A DNA stretch of 64,000 bases, taken from contig CACMEY010000001.1 in NCBI GenBank assembly GCA_902612805.1, forward strand, positions 138,805-202,804, written 5' to 3'. The position numbers and the translations under genes were made by a program. The stretch comes from an uncultured Alphaproteobacteria bacterium (lineage in GTDB: Bacteria > Pseudomonadota > Alphaproteobacteria > HIMB59 > GCA-002718135). Shown here piece by piece: positions 9,870-18,520 of the stretch (positions within the stretch are counted from its first letter, which is position 1; each line of letters begins with the position of its first letter). Under the pieces are notes generated by a model. The model did not search any database. It was given only the letters and a program-made list of their open reading frames with translations, and had not been told where the DNA came from.

Positions 9870-10973
9870 ATGACAATAGTTAATTCTTGGAATGAATGGG
9901 ATCCATTAAAACATGTTATAGTTGGAGCAGTTGAAAATGCCAACATACCTCCAATGGAACCGGCACTTGAACCAAAAATAAGTAAAGATAGTGGTATGGC
10001 AGGATCTCACGGACCACGCTCACAGGAGTCAATTGATAAAGCAAATATACAATTAGAAAACTTTGTTAAAATATTAAATTCCCTAAATATAAAAGTTGAT
10101 AGACCAACACCTATTGATTTTTCTAAGAGTATTGAGACACCCGATTGGTCTAATGATGGTATGTTTGGTTGTATGCCTCCAAGAGATGTTATTCTTACTG
10201 TAGGAAATGAAATGCTAGAGGCGCCCATGTCTTACAGATGTAGATGGTTTGAGTACCTTGCTTATAGGCCACTACTTGAAAAATATTATTCAGAAGATAA
10301 AAATATGAGATGGGAGTCGGCACCTAAACCAAGATTAACAAATCAATCTTATAAGTCTAATTATCTTCCTGAAGGCATAACGGAAGAAGAACGATATAAA
10401 AAAATCGAAAATAGAGACATGATATTGACCGAAAAAGAACCACTTTTTGATGCAGCAGAAATTTTACGTTTTGGAAAAGATCTTTTTTATCATAACAATT
10501 TTACATCAAATTTAAGTGGTTTAGATTGGTTAAGAAGGCATTATCCAAATCATCGTGTTCATCAAATTAATTTACCAGGTGATTTAATTCCAACTCACAT
10601 TGATGCATGTTTTACTCCTATTAAACCAGGAGTTATAATTATTAATCCGAATAGAAAAATATCATCAGAGCAAAGAAAAATTTTCGATGATAATAAATGG
10701 GAAATTTATGAAGCAGCACCTTCTATTCATAATAGTCCACCACCTATGTGTTATTCATCAATCTGGTTGTCAATGAATGTTTTGATAATTGATCCTAAAA
10801 CTATATGTGTCGAAGCAACGGAAGAAAAAATGATTAAACAAATGGAAAGTTTTGGATTGGATGTTATTCCTGTTCCTTTTAGAGACGTTTATGCATTTGG
10901 TGGTAGTCTACATTGTGCCACTACTGATGTTCATAGAGAGGGTGAGTGTGAGGATTATTTTCCAAATCAATAA
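9870..10973 (+). CDS. Amidinotransferase-family protein (glycine / inosamine-phosphate amidinotransferase-like, GME fold)
   Basis: 367 aa. The C-terminal catalytic-Cys block FGGSLHCATTDV is typical of amidinotransferases. Overall length matches StrB1/AGAT-type enzymes. Confidence 0.7.
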   Translation: MTIVNSWNEWDPLKHVIVGAVENANIPPMEPALEPKISKDSGMAGSHGPRSQESIDKANIQLENFVKILNSLNIKVDRPTPIDFSKSIETPDWSNDGMFGCMPPRDVILTVGNEMLEAPMSYRCRWFEYLAYRPLLEKYYSEDKNMRWESAPKPRLTNQSYKSNYLPEGITEEERYKKIENRDMILTEKEPLFDAAEILRFGKDLFYHNNFTSNLSGLDWLRRHYPNHRVHQINLPGDLIPTHIDACFTPIKPGVIIINPNRKISSEQRKIFDDNKWEIYEAAPSIHNSPPPMCYSSIWLSMNVLIIDPKTICVEATEEKMIKQMESFGLDVIPVPFRDVYAFGGSLHCATTDVHREGECEDYFPNQ

Positions 10974-11728
10974 TGAATAGTTTTAATCAAAATAATTTTA
11001 AAGCCAATTTACATGACACAAACTTTTCTAGAATTGGTATAATTACACTATCAACGGATTTTACCATAGAGCAGGATTTTAGAAAAATTTGCCATAATTT
11101 ACCAGTTGATCTATTTTTTAATAGGATACCTTTTTTAAATCCTCTAACTCATGAAAATTATATGAGAATGGCTGATCATCTTACAGAAACAACAAACCAA
11201 ATACTACCCAATGAAAAAATACAAGTTGTAGCGTATGGATGTACTTCGGGTACTATTGAAATTGGTGAAAAAAGAATAAGATCTGAAATTTTCAAGGCTA
11301 AACCTGATACTTTAATTACTACACCTATTACAGCAGCTGTCAAAGCACTTAAATTGTTAAACCATAAAAAAATTGCTGTTCTTACTCCCTATCCAAAAGA
11401 TGTTAATGTTAAAGTTTACAAATATTTAATTGATAGTGGATTTGAAATTAAATCATTTAGTTCATTTAATTTAAATTATGATTCGGAAATCGCCAAAGTT
11501 ACTCATGATAGTTTAATGCAAACAATTTCTTCAATTAATTTAACAGATGTTGATAGTATTTTTGTTTCTTGTACTGCATTAAAAGTAATTGATATTATCG
11601 AAACATTAGAGTCAAAATTAAGTACAGATATCATTTCAAGTAATCAAGCTATTATTTGGGATTCATTAAGATTATCTAATATTAATCAAAAAATTGATGG
11701 TTTTGGTAACCTATTTAAATTACATTAA
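10973..11728 (+). CDS. eutA: Asp/Glu-racemase-fold protein (maleate isomerase / arylmalonate decarboxylase family), EutA-like
   Basis: Two-Cys motifs YGCTSGT and FVSCTAL; about 250 aa. It is immediately followed by a threonine-dehydratase-like and a cyclodeaminase-like gene, which is the EutABC order. Confidence 0.6.
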   Translation: MNSFNQNNFKANLHDTNFSRIGIITLSTDFTIEQDFRKICHNLPVDLFFNRIPFLNPLTHENYMRMADHLTETTNQILPNEKIQVVAYGCTSGTIEIGEKRIRSEIFKAKPDTLITTPITAAVKALKLLNHKKIAVLTPYPKDVNVKVYKYLIDSGFEIKSFSSFNLNYDSEIAKVTHDSLMQTISSINLTDVDSIFVSCTALKVIDIIETLESKLSTDIISSNQAIIWDSLRLSNINQKIDGFGNLFKLH

Positions 11729-11740
11729 ATAGGGTTTAAA

Positions 11741-12703
11741 TTGATTACGCTTCAACAAATACAAGATGCACATAAGAAAATTTTACCTTATGTTAATTAT
11801 ACACCATTAATTAATTCTAATTTCTTATCAAAAAATACTACAGTAAAACTAAAGTTAGAAAATTTTCAAATCACTGGTTCATTTAAGTTAAGAGGTGCTG
11901 TTAATAAACTTCTTTCTTTAAGTGAAGATGACAAAAGAAAAGGAGTCATTGCAGTTTCTACAGGCAATCACGGTAAAGGGGTTGCTTATGCTTCAAACGT
12001 ATTGGGCATTCAATCAACAATATATATGTCTTCAATGGTTCCAGAATATAGAAAAGAAGCTATTGAAAAATTAGGTGCAAAAGTAGAAATTATTGGAAAG
12101 AATAGTGATGAAGCAGATTTGTATGCTAAACAAATTGCGAAAGAAAAAAATATCCCATTAATTCATCCTTTTGATGATGAAGATATTATTATTGGTCAAG
12201 GTACAGTTGGCCTTGAAATGCTTACTGAATTTCCCGAAGTTGATACAGTAATTATACCAACATCTGGTGGCGGTCTTATATCTGGAATAGCACAAGCAAT
12301 TAAACTTCAAAAACCTAACACAAAAATTATTGCCGTATCTATGGAAAGAGGCCCTTCAATGTATGAAAGTCTAAAAGAAGGTAAGCCTGTTGATGTAGAG
12401 GAAACTGAAACTTTAGCTGATTGTTTAGGGGGTAGTATTGGTCTAGATAATAAATTTACGTTTAATATTGTACAAAAATACGTAGATGACTTTGTTTTAG
12501 TGAGTGAAGAAAAAATAGCCGAGGGAATTAGAATAAATTTTTTAGAACATAAAATTGTATCAGAAGGTGCAGCAGCAACAAGTGTAATGGTTGTTAAAGA
12601 AAAACTGACATCACATTTAGGAAAAAATATAATCTGTTTAATTTGTGGTGGAAATATTGACTCGGAACTATTTAACAAAGTTTTAAGCCATGCTCATCCT
12701 TAA
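11741..12703 (+). CDS. eutB: Threonine/serine dehydratase-like PLP enzyme, EutB-like
   Basis: PLP-Lys motif GSFKLRGA, plus STGNHGKGVA and TSGGGLISG. TTG start. Confidence 0.65.
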   Translation: MITLQQIQDAHKKILPYVNYTPLINSNFLSKNTTVKLKLENFQITGSFKLRGAVNKLLSLSEDDKRKGVIAVSTGNHGKGVAYASNVLGIQSTIYMSSMVPEYRKEAIEKLGAKVEIIGKNSDEADLYAKQIAKEKNIPLIHPFDDEDIIIGQGTVGLEMLTEFPEVDTVIIPTSGGGLISGIAQAIKLQKPNTKIIAVSMERGPSMYESLKEGKPVDVEETETLADCLGGSIGLDNKFTFNIVQKYVDDFVLVSEEKIAEGIRINFLEHKIVSEGAAATSVMVVKEKLTSHLGKNIICLICGGNIDSELFNKVLSHAHP

Positions 12704-13664
12704 TAAAAATGATATTATTCAACATGTAGATTTAAATAAAAATCTCATACCAATAATAGAGGAGGCTTTCATAAGTTTATCAAAGGGATTGGTAATGATG
12801 CCACCTATAATGAGAATTGATATTGAAAAATATCATGGTGAATCAGATGTTAAAGCTGCATACGTTGAGGGTCTTGATAGTTTTGCAATAAAAATCGCTT
12901 CAGGTTTTTTCGATAATCCAAAACTTGGTTTGCCATCTAGTAATGGACTGATGGTTTTATTAGATTCAAAGACTGGAGTTGTAAAATCTGTTTTATTGGA
13001 TGAAGGTTATCTTACAGATACTAGAACAGCTATAGCAGGAGCAATAGCTACAAAATATTTATCAAATCAAAATGCTAATTCTGTTGGTATTATTGGTGCT
13101 GGAATTCAAGCCAAATTACAACTTCGAGCAATAATGTTAGTTAGAAAAATAAAAAAAATAATAGTCTGGACAAGAGATGAGACAAAAGCAAACCAATTTA
13201 TCGAAGGTTTTAAAGATTTAGATTTAGATTTGTATGTAGCTTCTTCTTGCAAGGAGTTGGCAAGTTTATCAGAAATAATCGTTACAACGACTCCTAGTAA
13301 AAAACCACTTTTGGAATTTGATTGGATAAATAAAGGGACTCACATAACAGCAATGGGATCAGATGCAGAACAAAAAAATGAATTAGATCCTCAGATGTTA
13401 AAACATTGCGATCAATATGTACCTGACAATCAATTACAAACAAGTGTTTTGGGTGAATTACATCATGCTTTAAAACAAAATATAATTTCTTCTAAAGAAA
13501 AATTTAATGAACTTGGCGATATTATTAACGATCCAAGCTTAGGAAGAAAAAATAAAGAAGATATAACAATATGTGATTTGACAGGAACTGGCGTACAAGA
13601 TACTGCAATATCAAGATTTGCTTATAATCTTTGTAAAATAAATTATTTAGGCATCAATATTTAA
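12690..13664 (+). CDS. eutC: Ornithine cyclodeaminase / mu-crystallin family protein, EutC-like
   Basis: Rossmann motif IIGAGIQAKLQ; 324 aa, a length typical of the OCD family. It overlaps the eutB-like gene by 14 nt. Confidence 0.65.
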   Translation: MLILNKNDIIQHVDLNKNLIPIIEEAFISLSKGLVMMPPIMRIDIEKYHGESDVKAAYVEGLDSFAIKIASGFFDNPKLGLPSSNGLMVLLDSKTGVVKSVLLDEGYLTDTRTAIAGAIATKYLSNQNANSVGIIGAGIQAKLQLRAIMLVRKIKKIIVWTRDETKANQFIEGFKDLDLDLYVASSCKELASLSEIIVTTTPSKKPLLEFDWINKGTHITAMGSDAEQKNELDPQMLKHCDQYVPDNQLQTSVLGELHHALKQNIISSKEKFNELGDIINDPSLGRKNKEDITICDLTGTGVQDTAISRFAYNLCKINYLGINI

Positions 13665-13667
13665 TTT

Positions 13668-15110
13668 ATGAGTCAAGCAGTAATAAAAAAAACGTCTGAT
13701 TACTTCAAATCAAAAGGAGTTGTCTTGCCCAGTATTAGTGAACTTCAAGACCCTCAAATTATTAATGATGATATTAAAAATTCTCTAAAAAAAATAAATA
13801 ATAACGATATCAATCCTCTTAACCTCTTTAGAGTTCATTGGTTTAATAAAAGAGATCAATCAGGTTTTGGAAATGAGCCTGAATATATTGTGCTACCAAC
13901 AGAATTCACGGGTGTTAAGGCAAAGATAATTGTAAATATGGGACGATATTTTCCCTTAATAACAGCTCATAAAGTTTTGGCAGCTTATGGTTGTTTGCTT
14001 CCAAGAATATTAAATGGCACTTTTGATTTTGAAAAACATAAAGCAGTTTGGCCTTCTACAGGAAATTATTGTAGGGGCGGAGTAGCAATATCTCGGATAA
14101 TGGGTCTTAATAGTATTGCAATACTTCCTGAAGGAATGAGTAATGAGAGATTTGAATGGTTGAATAATTGGGTTGAAGATAAAAAAAATATCATAAAGAC
14201 AAAAGGCACAGAAAGTAATGTTAAAGAAATTTACGATGCTTGTAATGAATTAAAAAAAGATAATCAAAATGATATTATAAATCAATTTGATGAGTATTAT
14301 AATTACGGTATTCATCGTTCTGTAACCGGTCCATCTTTTGAAAAATCATTTCTTAAAGTTAAAGGTAACAGTAATTTAACTCCTAGGTTTTACGTAAGTG
14401 CTTCAGGATCAAGTGGTACTCTAGCAGCAGGAGATTATCTTAAAGATAAATTACAGACGAAGATTGCAGTTGTTGAAGCTTTGGAGTGCCCAACTTTGCT
14501 TCATGGAGGTTATGGTGAACATAATATACAAGGAATTGGTGACAAACATGTTCCCCTTATTCATAATGTAATGAATACAGATTTTGTCGTAGATGTTTCT
14601 GATCAAGCTACCAATAATCTAAATATGATTTTTAATACTGAAATAGGAAAAAAGTTTTTAATTGAGAAAAAAAATTTTGAGCCTGATTTTGTTTCACGAC
14701 TTCCTGAGTTTGGCTTTTCAGCAATAGCAAATATATTGGCATCAATAAAACTAGCTAAATATATGGATTTAAATAGTGATGACGCAATTATAACGGTCGC
14801 TACAGATGGTGCAGATTTATACATGTCAGAGTTGAACAAGACCATTGCTGATTTTAAAAATAATTATGATGAAATAGTTTGTGCTGAACTATTTGGAAAA
14901 CACTTATCAGGAATATCTACTGATAATATGCTAGAACTTTCTTACATGGATAAGAAAAGAATATTTAATTTAGGGTACTTTACTTGGGTAGAGCAACAAG
15001 GTGTAAGTCTTGAAGAATTTGAAAAAAGAAAAGATCAAAAATTTTGGAATTCACATTATGAATATATGCTTTCTCTAGACAATAAGATTAAAGAATTTAA
15101 TAATATGTAG
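13668..15110 (+). CDS. Fold-type-II PLP enzyme (cysteine synthase/CBS-like core) with N- and C-terminal extensions; function unknown
   Basis: CysK-like blocks STGNYCRGGVA, SASGSSGTLAAG (phosphate loop) and QGIGD. The candidate PLP-Lys is in LITAHKVLAAY. At 480 aa it is much longer than CysK. Confidence 0.55.
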   Translation: MSQAVIKKTSDYFKSKGVVLPSISELQDPQIINDDIKNSLKKINNNDINPLNLFRVHWFNKRDQSGFGNEPEYIVLPTEFTGVKAKIIVNMGRYFPLITAHKVLAAYGCLLPRILNGTFDFEKHKAVWPSTGNYCRGGVAISRIMGLNSIAILPEGMSNERFEWLNNWVEDKKNIIKTKGTESNVKEIYDACNELKKDNQNDIINQFDEYYNYGIHRSVTGPSFEKSFLKVKGNSNLTPRFYVSASGSSGTLAAGDYLKDKLQTKIAVVEALECPTLLHGGYGEHNIQGIGDKHVPLIHNVMNTDFVVDVSDQATNNLNMIFNTEIGKKFLIEKKNFEPDFVSRLPEFGFSAIANILASIKLAKYMDLNSDDAIITVATDGADLYMSELNKTIADFKNNYDEIVCAELFGKHLSGISTDNMLELSYMDKKRIFNLGYFTWVEQQGVSLEEFEKRKDQKFWNSHYEYMLSLDNKIKEFNNM

Positions 15111-15113
15111 GTT

Positions 15114-16268
15114 ATGAAAACTCAGTCATTACATAACCAATTAGTAGAATGGCGTCATGATCTTCATATGCACCCACAATTAAGTTTTGAAGAAGAGTAT
15201 GCTGCAGCAAAAGTGTCAACACTTCTAAAAGAGTTTGGAATAGAAGTTCATTCTGGTATTGCCAGAACTGGAGTAGTTGGAATTTTAAAAAAAGGAAATA
15301 GTTCAAAATCTATAGGTATAAGAGCTGACATGGATGCCCTTCCTATACATGAAACTAATAAGTTTAGTTATAAGTCCAAGTTTGATAACAGAATGCATGC
15401 ATGTGGGCATGACGGTCACACAACAATGTTATTAGGTGCAGCAAAATATTTATCAGAAAAAGGTAACTTTAACGGTACGGTATATTTTATTTTTCAACCT
15501 GATGAAGAGAATACATTCGGTGCAAAAACAATGATAGATGAAGGATTGTTTGATAAATTTAACATTGATGAAGTTTACGCTATGCACAATATTCCTAATA
15601 TGGAAATTGGAACATTTGGTACAAGAAATGGAGCTATTACAGCCAGCGAAAATTTATTTGAAATTGAAATAAAAACTAAAGGTGGGCACGCTGCATTACC
15701 TCATATGGGGGTAGATGCAATAACTGTTGGTTCTCAAATAGCTGTAGCACTTCAATCGATAGTGTCTAGGAAATTAAATCCAGCAGACAATGGTATAGTG
15801 TCTATTACCGAATTTATAACCGATGGTAAAAAAAATGTTCTGCCAGGTATGGTAAAAATGACTGGTGACGCGAGAGCTTTATCAAAAGAAACAAATGAAA
15901 AAATTGCTTCTAAAATGTTACAAATTGTTGAAGGGATTTGCAATGCACATGGTGTTAATGGTAGTGTTAAATATGAAACAGCCTGTCCTGTAACTTTTAA
16001 TTCAAAAAATCAAACTGAGTCTGCAACAAAAGCTGCAGTTTCTTTACTTGGTAGTGATAAATGTAATGGTAATATAGAACCACGTTTATTCTCAGAAGAT
16101 TTTTCTGTTATGGCAAATGAAAAACCTGGTTGCTTTGTTTTAATGGGTAACGGAACATCAGAGCAGCATTCCAGACCTTTACATGCTGATAATTATGATT
16201 TTAATGACGAATTATTAGTCATAGGTTCTTCATATTGGACTGAATTGGTAGAACAACAATTAAAATAA
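15114..16268 (+). CDS. M20D-family amidohydrolase (hippurate hydrolase / N-acyl-amino-acid deacylase-like)
   Basis: Motifs HACGHDGHTTMLLGAAK and FQPDEE; 384 aa. Confidence 0.8.
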   Translation: MKTQSLHNQLVEWRHDLHMHPQLSFEEEYAAAKVSTLLKEFGIEVHSGIARTGVVGILKKGNSSKSIGIRADMDALPIHETNKFSYKSKFDNRMHACGHDGHTTMLLGAAKYLSEKGNFNGTVYFIFQPDEENTFGAKTMIDEGLFDKFNIDEVYAMHNIPNMEIGTFGTRNGAITASENLFEIEIKTKGGHAALPHMGVDAITVGSQIAVALQSIVSRKLNPADNGIVSITEFITDGKKNVLPGMVKMTGDARALSKETNEKIASKMLQIVEGICNAHGVNGSVKYETACPVTFNSKNQTESATKAAVSLLGSDKCNGNIEPRLFSEDFSVMANEKPGCFVLMGNGTSEQHSRPLHADNYDFNDELLVIGSSYWTELVEQQLK

Positions 16269-17441
16269 ATGTTTTCTGAAAACCTAAATAAACTAAAGAA
16301 AAAAATGTCTGAGAACAATATTGATCTCTCAATTATAACTGATGATGACTCGATATATTATTTCACAGGATACCATGACTTCCTTCATATGGATTTTTAT
16401 CGACCAACATTATTAGTTGTTTCAAATGATCATAAAACTTATTTAATTACACCTCTTCTTGATGTTTTATTAGTACCAGAATCTTGTCCTGTAGATATGG
16501 TTGAAACATGGAATGATGGTATTGGAAATGAATGGAGAGAACTATTACCTCAAATCATCAATCAGCATAAAAATATTTTTATTGAAAAATTTAAAATTAA
16601 TCCAATGGTTAAGAGTTATTTAGACGAATTACTTCAAGACCATCCTGGGGATTTAACCAAATTAATAGATAATATAAGAATGATTAAATCTAATCATGAA
16701 TTGAATATAGCTCGTCATGCTGGCGAAGTTGGTATGGCTATGATGGAGGCAGCAAAAAAAACAATTGGTCATAATGTTCCTGAGTATGAGGTTGCACTTG
16801 CACAATCACAAGCCGGAACAAGAAAAGCTGCAGATCTTTTAAAAGAATTTTATCCTGATAATATCAATATGTCCCCAAATATTCACTTTTTACCTGTTAT
16901 GACATCGGGTCATGATTTACCTAAAACTCACCATCGTGCTTCAACCAAAATTATAAAAAAAGGTGATCCCGTATTCGTATGTTATTGTGGTTCTACAAAT
17001 TTCCATAGGTTTAAATTAGGTTTTGACAGAATATTTTGGGTAGAAGAAATTCAATCTGATGAACAAATAAAAGCTTTTGAGACTGCAGTTAAATCTCAAA
17101 AAGCTGCTCTTGAAATTCTTGGTCCTGGAGTAACAGCTGAAGAAGTTCATGCTGCTTATGCAGATACTATACAGTCTGAGGGATACCCTTATCCTACTTT
17201 TCGATGTGGAAGAGGTACAGGCTTTAGCTTTTTAGAGGAACCACAATTAGTAGTTGGTAATAAAACAGTACTGGAGCCTGGAATGGTATTTGCCGTTGAT
17301 GGCGGAGCAAGTGCAAATAATTTTAGATCACAAGTTGGTGATAGTTTTATTATAACAAAAGATGGATACGAACAAATTACACATCATTCTAAAAATATTG
17401 ATGACCTAATAATTTCACATGGACGAAATCACAGTATTTAA
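16269..17441 (+). CDS. M24-fold protein of the creatinase / ectoine-hydrolase (EutD/DoeA) type
   Basis: Creatinase_N-like N-terminal half plus a pita-bread C-terminal half. The block VPEYEVAL is present. The canonical M24B metal ligands appear substituted (see findings). Confidence 0.65.
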   Translation: MFSENLNKLKKKMSENNIDLSIITDDDSIYYFTGYHDFLHMDFYRPTLLVVSNDHKTYLITPLLDVLLVPESCPVDMVETWNDGIGNEWRELLPQIINQHKNIFIEKFKINPMVKSYLDELLQDHPGDLTKLIDNIRMIKSNHELNIARHAGEVGMAMMEAAKKTIGHNVPEYEVALAQSQAGTRKAADLLKEFYPDNINMSPNIHFLPVMTSGHDLPKTHHRASTKIIKKGDPVFVCYCGSTNFHRFKLGFDRIFWVEEIQSDEQIKAFETAVKSQKAALEILGPGVTAEEVHAAYADTIQSEGYPYPTFRCGRGTGFSFLEEPQLVVGNKTVLEPGMVFAVDGGASANNFRSQVGDSFIITKDGYEQITHHSKNIDDLIISHGRNHSI

Positions 17442-18444
17442 CACACATTGCTGTGGTGAAATTGGAGATGTTGTAACTGGAATTAAAGGTTTGAAGTTTA
17501 ATTCACCTGAGGAAGCTTCTAAAAAACTTTTTTTAGATAAAAAATGGAGAAATTTTTTTTTAAATGAACCTCGGGGAGGGGTTTTTAAACATTGTAATAT
17601 TATTTTAGAACCTTCAAATAAAAATGCAGATGCTGGATTTGTAATTATGGAACCAGAAGATAATCCTCCAATGAGCGGATCAAATGCAATTTGTGTAACG
17701 ACAGTCTTATTAGAAAAAAATATTGTTCAAATGAAATATCCTAAAACCATGCTTACACTTGAAGCTCCCGGTGGTTTAATAAAAGTTGTTGCTGATTGTG
17801 AAAATAAGAAAGTTAAAAGTGTCACTTTAACTAATCTTGCCTGCTTTGCAGATAAAATAGATGTAGATTTAAAGACTAAAAATTATGGTACAATTAAAGT
17901 AAGTACTGCTTTTGGAGGTGACAGTTTTTTAATTTGTAATGCTAGTGATTTTAATCTTAAAATTGAACCAAAGAATGCAAATAAATTTGTAAATGTTGCT
18001 AAAGAATTATTGAAAGAAGCAAACGCATCTATAGGATTTGAACATCCTACAATTAAAGGATTAGACTATCTTTCCTTTTGCCAATTTATTGAACCCTTAA
18101 AAAAAAATAATCAATCATTACTTACAGGATTAAATACAGTTGTTATACGACCTGGGAAACTTGATCGTTCACCCTGTGGTACAGGCACTTCAGCAAGATT
18201 AGCAGTAATGAAAGAAAAAAATGAAATACAAATAAATGAAGAGTTTATATCAAAGTCTATTATAGGATCTTCATTTAAAGCAAGTATTGAAAAGGAAATT
18301 AAAATTAATAACAAAAATTGTATTATTCCAAAAATAACAGGTAGTGCATTTATTACTGGAAAACAAAGTTTATATATCGATAAGGATGATCCTTTTCCAG
18401 AAGGTTATAGATTAAATGACACATGGCCAGATTCATTAAGTTAA
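17419..18444 (+). CDS. Proline-racemase-superfamily protein (hydroxyproline epimerase / 3-hydroxyproline dehydratase-like), Ser/Cys type
   Basis: The second catalytic motif SPCGTGTSAR is present. The first catalytic position reads MSGS instead of MCGH. It overlaps the M24 gene by 23 nt. Confidence 0.75.
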   Translation: MDEITVFNTHCCGEIGDVVTGIKGLKFNSPEEASKKLFLDKKWRNFFLNEPRGGVFKHCNIILEPSNKNADAGFVIMEPEDNPPMSGSNAICVTTVLLEKNIVQMKYPKTMLTLEAPGGLIKVVADCENKKVKSVTLTNLACFADKIDVDLKTKNYGTIKVSTAFGGDSFLICNASDFNLKIEPKNANKFVNVAKELLKEANASIGFEHPTIKGLDYLSFCQFIEPLKKNNQSLLTGLNTVVIRPGKLDRSPCGTGTSARLAVMKEKNEIQINEEFISKSIIGSSFKASIEKEIKINNKNCIIPKITGSAFITGKQSLYIDKDDPFPEGYRLNDTWPDSLS

Positions 18445-18520
18445 CTGTGATTAAATAACACTAGCATGGCGATTTAATTCATTTTACTTTCATCAACTAT
18501 TCTAATAATTAATAAAACAA

